IMG/VR virus record: IMGVR_UViG_2909435987_000002
Direction: 5' to 3' (one strand)
DNA: 64,000 bases
Origin: a virus
Below, piece after piece: positions 19,636-30,636 of the stretch. The position numbers were made by a program, and so were the translations under genes. The notes beneath the pieces are model-generated. The model was not told the DNA's origin, made no database searches, and saw nothing but the letters and a program-made list of their open reading frames with translations. Numbering within the stretch: position 1 is the first letter of the stretch; the number at the start of each line of letters is the position of its first letter.

Positions 19636-21511
19636 AGTAGTGGGGGTTATATATCAATGTATATATAACGTACCATACTGAAGTTATTAAAAGTAGTATG
19701 CTGTAATCTGCGGTCGAACTTAAACTAGTTGTCCAACCCTTTTGTCCTTGTGCAACTATCTTATGTTGAACAGTTCTAATCTTATAGATAGGCAGCACTA
19801 ATTTAGATAAAGTAGTTTTAGATCTACCTGGATTAGTTATACCTACCATCTCATTAAATAATTCACTGGGTTTAGTATTAAGACAGGGATCTAACTTATC
19901 GTTGTTAGATAAATTTTCAGATTCCTTAGCTATACCTTCTACTCTAGATCTGATTTCTTTATCTTTATTATTAGCTTCAGTGTAGTCACTTATAATCAGA
20001 ATATTATTGTCATGAAGAAGGGTATTATAAACTCTTATAGCTTCTCCTGGATAAAATGTAGGGTCTCCTAATAATTTGACTTGGATACCATTTACATCTC
20101 TTGACCATATTCTAGCTGCTGACATACCTACAATAATGGCACCTTCATTCTCATTAGAATAAGTACCTATAGCTGCGTCATAACATATTTGTGTTCTACA
20201 TGGTGGAGATGGATTTCTACCTTCTAATTGCCAAGGCATAGAATAGATACCTTGTTTAACAGAATTCAAAAGAGATTTACCTTGAGATTTAGTCTTAGCA
20301 TCTATTACTACAAATTTATTAAAAGTAGCAATTGTGGAACTAAGAGTTTTAATGGATAGGATTATTTGATTAGGAGAAGGAGGGGCGGCATTTAATTCTT
20401 TAGGCCAAGTTCTAAAGAAATATGTTCTATATGATCTATCTTCATCTTCAAATCCTGAGAAGTCTATAGAACGGGGCCCAAATATAAAGTCTCCATTGAC
20501 ATGAGAAGCAAAGAAATCAGTTGGTCTCTCTTCTGATTTAGCCATATAATCTATGACTTCCATTGGAGTTTTATTAATAACTTGAATAGTAGAATTAGGA
20601 TTACCTTTTACTACTGGAGGTCTCTCAGCCCATACATTTAATCTAGGCTCTGCTTTATGTGCAAAAGGTCTAAGTGTAGAATATCTAAGCCATTCTGCTG
20701 GATTATCTGTAGGTGGTTTAATAATCACACTATTATCAACATCAAAAGCGAATCCTTGTACATTCTTAGGGCCTAGATTTACTGGTTTCCAACATCTACA
20801 TTCATCTTTAGATAGAGCCGTATAACCTGCCGCAGCATTTAATATTCCATGTAATAAAGGAATTCTATCTCCTTTAATAACACCTGTTGCATCTATTTCA
20901 TTACCAGTATTAGCAACTCCTTGAAACTGAGGTAAAGATAATATTCTTGTATCAGCTAATATTCTAGTTCTATCTCTACAAGAAAGAATAAGTTGTAATC
21001 CTTTAGTATCTCCTGAGAATTCTAATTTATCTATAAATCCCCAGAATATAGGAGCTAAAGGTTTTTTAGAATCTGGAGTATATTCTTTGCCATTATAATC
21101 ATTAAATCTAACTGGAGTCTCATCTAATAAATCTGCACTAATAGGTATAGTGGGTGAAGCTAAATAGCCCGCATATATTCTAATCTCATCTTCGTAAGTA
21201 AGATTAGGATAATTTCCTCCTCTATAAATGGATAAATCTGGTAGTGGAGGAACAGGTGTATTATGGTCTGGTAGATTACAAACAAGAATAACAAGAGCAG
21301 TAGAAGTTCCCCAATCTCTAACTAGTGTTACTTCTACTGATTTAATAGTCCATTCAAGGATTACTTCTTGAGTCTTCTTAGACTCAACATCTATATAAGT
21401 TCCTTTATGACTATGTTGAGTAGTAAATAGGATAGGTTGATTATTAGAATTACCTCCTGCATATGTTATGCAAGCAGCAGGAACATTCTCAGATTGAGAC
21501 CAAACTTTCAT
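19628..21511 (-). CDS. Tail/baseplate structural protein (627 aa)
   Basis: Large ORF immediately downstream of the tail tube gene, separated from it by a terminator-like hairpin. Confidence 0.45.
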   Translation of the reverse strand: MKVWSQSENVPAACITYAGGNSNNQPILFTTQHSHKGTYIDVESKKTQEVILEWTIKSVEVTLVRDWGTSTALVILVCNLPDHNTPVPPLPDLSIYRGGNYPNLTYEDEIRIYAGYLASPTIPISADLLDETPVRFNDYNGKEYTPDSKKPLAPIFWGFIDKLEFSGDTKGLQLILSCRDRTRILADTRILSLPQFQGVANTGNEIDATGVIKGDRIPLLHGILNAAAGYTALSKDECRCWKPVNLGPKNVQGFAFDVDNSVIIKPPTDNPAEWLRYSTLRPFAHKAEPRLNVWAERPPVVKGNPNSTIQVINKTPMEVIDYMAKSEERPTDFFASHVNGDFIFGPRSIDFSGFEDEDRSYRTYFFRTWPKELNAAPPSPNQIILSIKTLSSTIATFNKFVVIDAKTKSQGKSLLNSVKQGIYSMPWQLEGRNPSPPCRTQICYDAAIGTYSNENEGAIIVGMSAARIWSRDVNGIQVKLLGDPTFYPGEAIRVYNTLLHDNNILIISDYTEANNKDKEIRSRVEGIAKESENLSNNDKLDPCLNTKPSELFNEMVGITNPGRSKTTLSKLVLPIYKIRTVQHKIVAQGQKGWTTSLSSTADYSILLLITSVWYVIYTLIYNPHYYV

Positions 21512-21574
21512 TATATATATATACTAATTAAATATTACTAACTTTATATTTCATATTTGCTTAAGGAGTAAGCA

Positions 21575-21604
21575 TAAAAAAATCTACTATTAATAGTAGA
21601 TCTT
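21575..21604 (-). terminator. Rho-independent terminator after the tube-like gene
   Basis: A-run followed by ATCTACTA-TTAA-TAGTAGAT (8-bp stem). On the minus strand a T-run follows the hairpin. Confidence 0.5.
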
Positions 21605-21634
21605 AAATAAATATTTAATATAAATAGTTAACTA

Positions 21635-22324
21635 TTATCTACCAGCAGCATTATTAACAACACCAGTAGTATTATTTTCACTAGAAGTAGTAGTATTACT
21701 CTTAGCCTGTTGAACAGTTTGATTGGGAATATATCTAATACCTTCAGCTACACCTTCCCATCTAACGGCTGCGACTCTTCTACCAGGCATAATACCTAAA
21801 GATACAGAGTCAGGCTTACATCTTTGTAATTCGTATCTACCACTAGCTGCTCTATTAGCAGGAATAGTACCTAGTTTACTAGCATTGACTCTAGCAGGAA
21901 GAATACTAGCTGCACCTAATCTATTAATTTGATCATTTGATCTTTGTCCTAAAGAAGCATCATCAATGATTAGTCTAGTAGCTAGTGCATCAAAAGTAAT
22001 CTGGAATCTAGGCCCTCTAGTTAATTGAGAGTCTCTAGTAATAGTATCAGTACCAAAGGTTCTTTCGATAAAAGCCATATCAACTAAACCTTGTTCTAAT
22101 ACCCATGCTATTTGGATTTCACCGTCTAGATAGATAGGAACTCTTTGACCTAGCTCAAGATATGTTTCAGTTGCATTTCTTACTGAGAGAGTAAGAGATT
22201 GAAATTTACCAAACCAAGCAATCTTTCCACTAGAAGTATCTTGGCACCAAGTCTCAAAATCATATCCTTGAAGAGGATCTAAACCAAAGTTATTGACGGG
22301 AGCGTCATATAAATTTGATACCAT
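21635..22324 (-). CDS. Putative tail tube protein
   Basis: 229 aa, directly downstream of the sheath-like gene and flanked by hairpin terminators. Its GC-richer codon usage suggests high expression. Confidence 0.4.
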   Translation of the reverse strand: MVSNLYDAPVNNFGLDPLQGYDFETWCQDTSSGKIAWFGKFQSLTLSVRNATETYLELGQRVPIYLDGEIQIAWVLEQGLVDMAFIERTFGTDTITRDSQLTRGPRFQITFDALATRLIIDDASLGQRSNDQINRLGAASILPARVNASKLGTIPANRAASGRYELQRCKPDSVSLGIMPGRRVAAVRWEGVAEGIRYIPNQTVQQAKSNTTTSSENNTTGVVNNAAGR

Positions 22325-22404
22325 AATTTATTTTATTAACCAATATGATTCAATGCCCAAACTGTACATCAATCAACATAGTAAAAGATGGGAAAGATAA
22401 GTAT

Positions 22405-22440
22405 AAAAAAAGATGACTTAAATAAAGTAAGTCATCTTTT
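22405..22440. terminator. Bidirectional terminator between the sheath-like and tube-like genes
   Basis: AAAAAA-AAGATGACTTA-aataaag-TAAGTCATCTT-TT. Confidence 0.55.
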
Positions 22441-22460
22441 AAGTATTTATAAACTAATAA

Positions 22461-24755
22461 TTAATTACTAAAAGTAACTAGACCAGTACCACTGTCTCTA
22501 ATTAGAGTAATGTAGATTTCATCTACAGCATATAGAGGTAAGAAAGATAAAGAAATATTCAATCTACCATTGATATAATCATTAGCACTATTATTACTAT
22601 TATCTGCTACAGAAGGTGAGAAGTTAGCTATCTGTTGATTTCTAAGTCTTTCCCCCATATATGCGTTAATAGCAGAAGTTATTTGAGAACGTAATAGATT
22701 AGTATGTGGTTCAGCTTTGTATTGCTGAAGTAGATCATATATATCTTGTCTAATAATATCGTAAGTACGTCTAATAAATATCTTCTCCCAAGCAGGATCA
22801 GAAGAAAGAGTTCTACCATTAGTGAACACATAATTCTGAGTAGCTGGATCTAAAGCTAATATTTCTAATCGAGCATCAGTAAGTAATTGAAGAGCGCTCA
22901 TAGTAGAAACCTTTATAGTATCTACTTCAATAACATTAAATACAGGCCCGCTAGTTCTTCTAGCATTAGGCCCAGCAAAGAATGGAGTACTTGCTAACTT
23001 ACCTGCATAGATAGCATCAGGAGATAATCCAAATCTAGGTGCATTAGGTTGTCCCGCATAGGTAGACCAACCTGCTACTATAACAGCTCTTCTAGAATCA
23101 AATCCAATTGTTTCTTGAGAAGCTGCATTTACACTAACATTAGGTCTTGCATTAATAATAGCTACTCTAAGTCCTTCTAATTCCTTAGCTGACTCAGCAT
23201 GAGTTATTAAAGCAGCTTTGATATTAGGAGAATTATATTGACCAGCACAGAGTACTATATGAACTGGTTGACTTTCAAAAGATCCTAATGCTGCTATATA
23301 ATCACTTTCTGTTATAGGAGGGCCATCATATCCATTCTCTAAAGAGAGATTAGTTAGATAAGTGGGGCCATAATAATCAGGATGTCTAATATCTTCTAAA
23401 TCAGTAATAGAAGAATCAGGCGGCGCTAATCTTTGAGGAACTGTCTCTAATAGAGAAACTTCATAAGATAAGGGGCTATTAAACTTAGGTAGAAATATAC
23501 CTCTTACATAAATAGAATTCTTTAACTGATTAAGAAATCCATTAGCATCTACATCAGTGAAATCTAATATATAAGATTCAGGACTTAACTTAGGATTAAA
23601 ATTAGAAGAATTTAAATCTTCAATAGATAATCTGAATTTCTTATTAGAGAGGGGATAAACAGAAACTCTAAGTTGATTTCCCCAAGAGCCTTCACTGACA
23701 GCTAATAGTCTTAGTAAAGGAGCCCCAGTTTTAGAATATAAATCTAAGACTGCATTTCTAGGGCCTTCTACACCACCTTGAAAGAATTCCGAATCTTCAT
23801 CACCATAAGGAGTTATAGTAATACCTGGATCTTGATCATCTAATAGAGTAAAGTAATAACTAAATTTATTACCTAGTAATCCTGTATAGTTGGGATCTAC
23901 TTCAAATACTGCTCCATTATCTGCTGTATTTCTAGTAATCTCTCCAATAGGAGATCTACCAATAACAGTACTACTAAAATTAGTAACAATTTGGTTAGGT
24001 AAATCACCTTCATTAATAGGAATAGAGTAGATATAACTATCTGCTCGGACAGTGAACTGATCTCCTACTTTCAGAGATATATCAGTTGTTTGACCTGCAA
24101 TACCAAAAGTTAAAGATAATCCATCTGTTACTTCTACAGCAACACCCTTACCATTCTTTACATCTACAGTTATAGAATCAGTTATAGCTGACCAGTTTAT
24201 ATAGACTTTCTTAAGGGAGTTTTCTTCTTCTACTGTAATTAAAGTACCTGTAAGAGAATTAGTAGGTTCAGTTCCTAAAGGTAGGAATACATATTTAACA
24301 GTAGCATTGACACCAGATATCCCTGTAACTCTAAAGTAGAATCTTCCACTATTAGTTCCAACAAAGCTACCAGAGCTGGAAATAAAAGCAGTTATAGGTG
24401 TTGTGCTTCTATCTATTACTTCACCTAAAAACTTAATATGGAAAAGTAAAGTATTAACTTTCTCAGCAACTCCAGAGAAAGTAACATTACCTTTTGCTAA
24501 TTTAGAAGAACCTAGTACCCTAATTAGAGAAAAATCAACTGCACCTTGATCATAGGCAGCTTGGAAAGCTAACGATCCTTTCTTAATATCAGAACCATAT
24601 CTATTAGCAAAATCAGTAAAACCTGTAATAAAACTAGGAGTATTAGCTGGGCCTCTACTGAACTCCCCAACAATACCAATTCTATTTCTTATATTCTGGC
24701 TAATAGGCGTTCTACCTACATTAGCCTCATTAAATATTATATTTGGAACTTTCAT
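22461..24755 (-). CDS. Putative contractile tail sheath protein
   Basis: The N-terminus PNIIFNEANVGRTPISQNIRNRIGIVGEFSRGPANTPSFITGFTDFANRYG matches the conserved sheath N-terminal pattern (compare P2 FI). 764 aa, followed by a tube-sized gene. Confidence 0.55.
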   Translation of the reverse strand: MKVPNIIFNEANVGRTPISQNIRNRIGIVGEFSRGPANTPSFITGFTDFANRYGSDIKKGSLAFQAAYDQGAVDFSLIRVLGSSKLAKGNVTFSGVAEKVNTLLFHIKFLGEVIDRSTTPITAFISSSGSFVGTNSGRFYFRVTGISGVNATVKYVFLPLGTEPTNSLTGTLITVEEENSLKKVYINWSAITDSITVDVKNGKGVAVEVTDGLSLTFGIAGQTTDISLKVGDQFTVRADSYIYSIPINEGDLPNQIVTNFSSTVIGRSPIGEITRNTADNGAVFEVDPNYTGLLGNKFSYYFTLLDDQDPGITITPYGDEDSEFFQGGVEGPRNAVLDLYSKTGAPLLRLLAVSEGSWGNQLRVSVYPLSNKKFRLSIEDLNSSNFNPKLSPESYILDFTDVDANGFLNQLKNSIYVRGIFLPKFNSPLSYEVSLLETVPQRLAPPDSSITDLEDIRHPDYYGPTYLTNLSLENGYDGPPITESDYIAALGSFESQPVHIVLCAGQYNSPNIKAALITHAESAKELEGLRVAIINARPNVSVNAASQETIGFDSRRAVIVAGWSTYAGQPNAPRFGLSPDAIYAGKLASTPFFAGPNARRTSGPVFNVIEVDTIKVSTMSALQLLTDARLEILALDPATQNYVFTNGRTLSSDPAWEKIFIRRTYDIIRQDIYDLLQQYKAEPHTNLLRSQITSAINAYMGERLRNQQIANFSPSVADNSNNSANDYINGRLNISLSFLPLYAVDEIYITLIRDSGTGLVTFSN

Positions 24756-24769
24756 GCGAGTAATTAAAA

Positions 24770-24822
24770 AACGTTTACCTATAGGTCATACTCATTACGA
24801 GAGTAATTGATAGGTAAACGTT
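24770..24822 (-). promoter_or_regulatory. Long-stem hairpin in the sheath-gene 5' leader / after the upstream gene
   Basis: AACGTTTACCTAT ... ATAGGTAAACGTT, a 13-bp perfect stem with a ~27-nt loop. Confidence 0.4.
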
Positions 24823-24838
24823 CTTAGTAAGCAGTTAT

Positions 24839-25186
24839 TTAAAAGGGTATAATTCGCTTACTTCTATATGTTCCTTTTAGAGATAGTATACCCTTTCTAT
24901 TTCCAGGCATAGATATTAGCTCTATAGAAGGTAATTGAACTTCTAGGAGGAGAAAATAAAAAGGTTTATAATCATTCTCTATTATTAATCTTTTAGGTCT
25001 CTGTAAATTAATCTTAGTTTGATTAACTATACCTCTTTCTATTTCAAACTCTCTATCTAAATAATTTATAGATACATCAGTAAAGTGACCAACCTGCTCC
25101 CATTTATTATCTATAAAGTATTCAAGTTTAGCAGGAAACCAACAACAAGGATCTAGAGTAGTTTTACTAGAGCTTAGATAATCCAT
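24839..25186 (-). CDS. Hypothetical neck/tail-completion protein (115 aa)
   Basis: ORF between the fibre gene and the sheath. Confidence 0.4.
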   Translation of the reverse strand: MDYLSSSKTTLDPCCWFPAKLEYFIDNKWEQVGHFTDVSINYLDREFEIERGIVNQTKINLQRPKRLIIENDYKPFYFLLLEVQLPSIELISMPGNRKGILSLKGTYRSKRIIPF

Positions 25187-25188
25187 TT

Positions 25189-28100
25189 CTAATAAACAGT
25201 ATATATACTATTTAATTCATCTTCTACTAACTTTACTTCAGGAATAGTTAATTGATTATATATCCCTAAGAAAGCTATATCTGCATTAATGGCGTTACTA
25301 GTAGAAGGAGTAGCTTCTAATGGGGCACCAATTCTACAATTAAATATCGCATTCTCTGGATTAAAAGCAGCAGTAGCAGTTGTTAAAGTAGATCCATTAT
25401 TCCTAAATACTAGAGTATTATCTGATCTGTAATAAGTTAAAGAAATAAGACTCCAAGTATTATTAGTTAAGAAAGCTGAACTACTTCTTATCTGAGGACT
25501 AAACCATGTATAGTTATATCCTCTCAAATATAAACTTAATTGATTACTAGAATTCTGCTCTAGGTATAATCCAGTATTATATCTTTCACTATTTCCAGTA
25601 TCATTAATCTTGGGATTAAATAGATTGAGGATACATGCATTTATTCCTACACTGTTAGGTTTATATATAAGGAATATAGTAAAGCCTTTATCAAAATTAA
25701 AGAGTCCATTACTAGCAGTAGCTAAGTCTAAATACTCTACATTGGCTCTAGTGAATCTCATTACATCAATAGAACCTTTAACAGTCATACTAGGTCTATT
25801 AGATGAATTAGTTTGCTGGAATAATCTATTGTATCCAGAAGAAGTATCTAACCATTCAGATACTTTACTACTTACTAAAGTAACTCCTAATTCTCCTCTT
25901 AATATTAAAGTAGGACTATTAATTTTATTTAGTGGATTAGGTAGAGTATTAGTTGGTATTGCTCTAGAAGTATCACCTTTAACTATTAAATAACTACCTG
26001 TTACAGTCTTACCAGCATCTCCTGAGTTAAAGATTAAAGTACCTGTTACTGGATTAATAAGAACTTCATTTAACCCTAATACATCAGTAGGATTAGTTCT
26101 AATAATAGCAGGATTACTATAACCAGATATAGAAAAAGACATTTTAGTAGTATCTACATGTTCCATAGCAGTAAATGTAGATATGGGACTTGTACCCCCA
26201 TAAGGAGATTCAGGTATAAGTAAACTATAAGGGGCGCTATTAGGAATACTAGTAGAACTTAAATTAATAGTTTCTGTAGGGGCACCATACCAAGTAGAAG
26301 AGAAAGATAAGTTATTAGTCATATCCTTAATCTCTCCTTCACATACTACTTGAGTATAATATTCATTAATAACTCCCCCTGAACTACCTAACTCTTCCCA
26401 AGCTAAGGTTAATCCATCATCTATACCTATTAGATTATCTACAGTAGTATGGGTAGGTTTAGCAGCAGTAGAGGGTACTACCCAATTAGTTCCATTCCAT
26501 GTAGGTGTATCTAATACCCAAGTAGAATTAATATTATCCCAAGAATAATAATCCCACGCTAATGGATTAGGTATTGCACCTACTGTATTAGCTGCTGTAG
26601 TTACACCTGCTGTAGTAATAAATGAGGGTAATGGAGTAAATACTGTATTAGGGGAATAGAACACACCCTTTTCTAATTCAATAGAACCTCCATATAAAGT
26701 ATTATCTGTATTAATACTTCCTAATAAAAAGCTATCTTGAGTAGAACTATTAACTGTTACATCAGTAGAGTCCATTAAATAATTTTTAGCTACTACATAC
26801 TTCCCGTTTATAAGACGAGGAAATATATGACCGTCATAAGTAGTATTACCTGTATTAGCTATACCTCCGCTTATATAGTTAGTAAGAGCTGTAGTACTAG
26901 CAAAATTAAAAGAATAGAGATATACATATGTTCCAGAAAAAGGATAGAGTACTCTTACAGAAATATACCATCTACTATCTACAGAACATACCAGTATATT
27001 AGGATTACTAAACTGAAAAGCTAAAGCGTTATAAGTATTAGTTGTCCATATAGAGTTAGCAGCTATACCCCCATAAAAATCTATCCAATTATTATTTACT
27101 GGCCCCGCACTAACTGTTGAACTATCAGAAGCCCACCACCATATAGCTAACTCTCCAGCAGATCTAACTCCACATAATGCTAATCTATCCAATCCACCAG
27201 AAGGAGAAGGATTAGGATCTGCTTTGATAAAGAATACTGAGTCATAAGTAGAGCTATATAGATTACTAGCAGCAAAGGTGAATGCTAAAGAAGTATTCCA
27301 ATTATCAGAGTTATATAACTCTGCACTTCCTGAGTTATTAAAAAGAGCATAAACTTTAGTTCCATAATCTACACCATGACAGGGTAGATTCTTAATCTGA
27401 GTAACTGTATCATTATCAGGATCTACACTCCATAATCCAGTAGAAGCGCAAGCTATATAAACAATACCTGTAGTTGTATCTACAGTACATTGCCTAATAT
27501 CTATTGCATCTAAATCAAAGTTATTAGTGTCGTAGGATTTATACTCTCCATTTAGAACTTGGAATAAAGTAATACCATTCTTATCCCAACAAAGAATCTT
27601 CCTCTCTGAATATTTAACAAATCTACATTTACCATTAGGTTCTAAATGAAAATTATTGTGAGGTAAATAAATAGAGTTATCTGCTTGAACAGGCATACTT
27701 CCTAAATAAGAAGCTACTTGATTATAAACATTACCATTAAACCCTGTAGTCTTTCTTTTATATATCTTATAAGTAGAAGTTCCTATTACCCCTCCAGTAA
27801 TTAACTTAAACATATAAAGTTCAGGAAAAGAATTACCATTTAATCCTGACCAAGTACCGTCTAAATTAGGCTTAATAGAACCAGTAGCTAAATTATTAGC
27901 ATCCTGAAAAGGTAGAGTAGCGTTAGCTGAGTGAGAAAAAAGGGATTTAAATACAGAATTAAATGTAATGTTTCTGGCAGAATAACTATTTGAATACTGA
28001 CCCGTATAAATACTTCTAACTATTCTCCCTAAAAAGCTTGTATTAGTACTTAATAATGTACTAGTAAAAGTAACTTTTCTAAGTAATTTATCTATAGTAC

Positions 28101-28923
28101 TGGATGAGGAACTAGCACTAGCTTGGAAATGTGTCCCACGATTATAAAAAGTAGGTCTAGTGTAATTACTACTAGGAATATTAGATAGACTAGGCATATG
28201 AGTACCTACATATAATCTTCCATTAGGAGATCTATTAGTAGGAGTACTACCTCCAGTGTTATGGTTAGTAAAAGGAGTATTACTAGTTATAGTATCTCCT
28301 ACATCTTTAGCATAATCTAGAAATACAGAATCAAAAGGCACTCTTAATCTATATACAAAATCTATTATTTCTGTAGCATTCTGTGTACATGGAGTATCTA
28401 GTACTACATAAGCCATAGCTTGAGTAGATAAAGAGTTAGCAGGATAGTTAGCTTGACTACCACAATGGTCTATAGAAGAAGATAGTTTAGTTAAAGCTAT
28501 AGTTTTAAATGTTCTAGAGTAACCATTACCTACCCCATATAAAGATTCAGTAGAACCTAATCTCTGTCTTATTTCAATAATGTAATCTGTATTAGCAGTA
28601 GATGGGATAATAGATATATAAGGGCCAGCATTAGCGACATTAGTTATTGCAGTAGCAATGAATCCATCTAAGAATAATATTGATCTACCATAATCAATAG
28701 TATTAGTAGAAATAGAAATATTACTAAGAAATATACTGCCTCTCTCTTCTATAAGAGTAGGGAAGGAAATACTATCTGAATAGTTAACTATTCTATTAAT
28801 AAAACTATTAGTAATATTATTCTTATATCTCTTATTAAATCTTTCTACTAAAGTGTTCTCATCTTTAATAGATATTTCAAATTCACCTTGTAAAAGATTA
28901 TCCAATCTGATATCCTCCAGCAT
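25189..28923 (-). CDS. Large fibre/whisker-like virion protein (1244 aa), possibly with a C-terminal lectin-like domain
   Basis: N/S/T/G-rich beta composition with a LamG/ConA-like C-terminal segment. This is inference only. Confidence 0.45.
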   Translation of the reverse strand: MLEDIRLDNLLQGEFEISIKDENTLVERFNKRYKNNITNSFINRIVNYSDSISFPTLIEERGSIFLSNISISTNTIDYGRSILFLDGFIATAITNVANAGPYISIIPSTANTDYIIEIRQRLGSTESLYGVGNGYSRTFKTIALTKLSSSIDHCGSQANYPANSLSTQAMAYVVLDTPCTQNATEIIDFVYRLRVPFDSVFLDYAKDVGDTITSNTPFTNHNTGGSTPTNRSPNGRLYVGTHMPSLSNIPSSNYTRPTFYNRGTHFQASASSSSSTIDKLLRKVTFTSTLLSTNTSFLGRIVRSIYTGQYSNSYSARNITFNSVFKSLFSHSANATLPFQDANNLATGSIKPNLDGTWSGLNGNSFPELYMFKLITGGVIGTSTYKIYKRKTTGFNGNVYNQVASYLGSMPVQADNSIYLPHNNFHLEPNGKCRFVKYSERKILCWDKNGITLFQVLNGEYKSYDTNNFDLDAIDIRQCTVDTTTGIVYIACASTGLWSVDPDNDTVTQIKNLPCHGVDYGTKVYALFNNSGSAELYNSDNWNTSLAFTFAASNLYSSTYDSVFFIKADPNPSPSGGLDRLALCGVRSAGELAIWWWASDSSTVSAGPVNNNWIDFYGGIAANSIWTTNTYNALAFQFSNPNILVCSVDSRWYISVRVLYPFSGTYVYLYSFNFASTTALTNYISGGIANTGNTTYDGHIFPRLINGKYVVAKNYLMDSTDVTVNSSTQDSFLLGSINTDNTLYGGSIELEKGVFYSPNTVFTPLPSFITTAGVTTAANTVGAIPNPLAWDYYSWDNINSTWVLDTPTWNGTNWVVPSTAAKPTHTTVDNLIGIDDGLTLAWEELGSSGGVINEYYTQVVCEGEIKDMTNNLSFSSTWYGAPTETINLSSTSIPNSAPYSLLIPESPYGGTSPISTFTAMEHVDTTKMSFSISGYSNPAIIRTNPTDVLGLNEVLINPVTGTLIFNSGDAGKTVTGSYLIVKGDTSRAIPTNTLPNPLNKINSPTLILRGELGVTLVSSKVSEWLDTSSGYNRLFQQTNSSNRPSMTVKGSIDVMRFTRANVEYLDLATASNGLFNFDKGFTIFLIYKPNSVGINACILNLFNPKINDTGNSERYNTGLYLEQNSSNQLSLYLRGYNYTWFSPQIRSSSAFLTNNTWSLISLTYYRSDNTLVFRNNGSTLTTATAAFNPENAIFNCRIGAPLEATPSTSNAINADIAFLGIYNQLTIPEVKLVEDELNSIYTVY

Positions 28924-29872
28924 TAAATTGATATGGCTGATTAGTTATAGTGTTTGTAGAACCATAACTAGTATTAGTTAATAAATAGCTAGTTCCTTCT
29001 TGATAAATTAAAGGAGCATTAAAAGAGTATGAAACATTATTTATACTATTTGATGAGCCATAACTAAAATGATTAACTAAGTAACTAGTTACTTGTTGAT
29101 TAATAATTGGTGAGTTAAAAGAATAAGAAATATTGCTTTTAGTATTACTAGAACCATAAGAAATACTATTAGATATAAACTCTTCTACAACACCAAAGTT
29201 AGAATTAGATTTAAAGTAAAAGGGTTTAGTTCTCTTTACTTCTACATTACCTAACTCATCTTTATAATAAATAGCTAATAAATGATTATACCCCTGAATA
29301 GTAGATATAGCTGATGTTTCACTAGCTAATACCTGATCAACAAGAGTATAGTTACCAGTAGTATTTATATATAGTTCAGCTTTATATACCTTACTAATAT
29401 TAAAACTAGAATAATCCCAACTTAGTATTGCTTCAGGAGTTAGATTACTTAAATAGTAACTATTCTCTATTCCTAAAGGCCCTAATACACCTGCTTTAAT
29501 ATCAAGGGGTAATAAATCATCAGCTACATAGTTCTCAGATACCCTACTAATAGAAAGAGGTAAGGTTGAGAACAAAGAGGTATTAAGAGTTAAGTCTTTA
29601 AACTTAGAGCTATCAAAGCTAGAAGTTATTCTTAGTACTATTGGTTGATTACCAGCTACAAAGTTATTAGGAAATACTATTGTAGGAGTAATAGAATTTG
29701 GGTTCTCTATAGTTATAGAGGGGCCGCTAACTTGAGTCCATTCAAATCCTATAGAAGAAGAAGAAGTAGCTACAGTTATAAGTAAAGGCTGATTAAAACA
29801 AACATAATATATCTGCTCAGGTATTACATTAAACTCTAAAGGAGGAGCTGGAAAGAATAGAAACCTTTTCAT
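28898..29872 (-). CDS. Hypothetical virion protein (324 aa)
   Basis: ORF in the structural operon. Confidence 0.45.
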   Translation of the reverse strand: MKRFLFFPAPPLEFNVIPEQIYYVCFNQPLLITVATSSSSIGFEWTQVSGPSITIENPNSITPTIVFPNNFVAGNQPIVLRITSSFDSSKFKDLTLNTSLFSTLPLSISRVSENYVADDLLPLDIKAGVLGPLGIENSYYLSNLTPEAILSWDYSSFNISKVYKAELYINTTGNYTLVDQVLASETSAISTIQGYNHLLAIYYKDELGNVEVKRTKPFYFKSNSNFGVVEEFISNSISYGSSNTKSNISYSFNSPIINQQVTSYLVNHFSYGSSNSINNVSYSFNAPLIYQEGTSYLLTNTSYGSTNTITNQPYQFNAGGYQIG

Positions 29873-30636
29873 GCTTTTATATCTTCTCCATCTACTAATT
29901 CAATAGAAGTGTTTATCTCTTCTATTAGAGGAATAAATCTATCTCTCCAACCCATATCTATATAAGCATTTATTCTGAATAGAATATGTCCCATATGGAA
30001 ATATGAATTAGCCCCAGTACTCCATTTAAAACTAGAGTAGTTAGTATGAATAATATCTAATCCTTCTAACTGTCCTGGGAATTCAGGATTAAGAGGAAAT
30101 TTCTTATGGTGAGATATATCATATAGAGCTAATCTAGTTAATTCTAAATAGTCACTGATAATATCAAAAGGAGGATTAATAGAAAGTTCTACTTGAGTAG
30201 TTTGAGGACTAGTTGAGTAATAATCTAAAGGACTCATTACTACTTCTTTAGGTATAGTAATTAAATCTCTATCATCACTTATATCTAACCCATCAATAGA
30301 GACTTCCCTATAAGAATAAGAGACTATGAAATGATACATAGCCTCTTCTATATTACGTCCCATATTATAAGCTTTATATAAAACTGAAGGGTTAACTGCA
30401 CTAGGTAAAGGGAAGTTACCATCTTCAGTTACTTGAGCAAATCCAGGAAATATAGAACAAGTTAATCCTTCATTTAAAGGAATACCTGACATAAATCTAA
30501 AATTAGATATAGGTATAACTTCTTTAGATATAGGATGAAGAACTAAAGGAGCAATTAATAAAGGATGATTCGATAAGAATTTAAATATTGAATAAGATAA
30601 TTGAGATAACGAAGGAACTACAGATTTATAAAGCAT
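29869..30636 (-). CDS. Hypothetical virion protein (255 aa)
   Basis: ORF in the structural operon. Confidence 0.45.
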   Translation of the reverse strand: MLYKSVVPSLSQLSYSIFKFLSNHPLLIAPLVLHPISKEVIPISNFRFMSGIPLNEGLTCSIFPGFAQVTEDGNFPLPSAVNPSVLYKAYNMGRNIEEAMYHFIVSYSYREVSIDGLDISDDRDLITIPKEVVMSPLDYYSTSPQTTQVELSINPPFDIISDYLELTRLALYDISHHKKFPLNPEFPGQLEGLDIIHTNYSSFKWSTGANSYFHMGHILFRINAYIDMGWRDRFIPLIEEINTSIELVDGEDIKA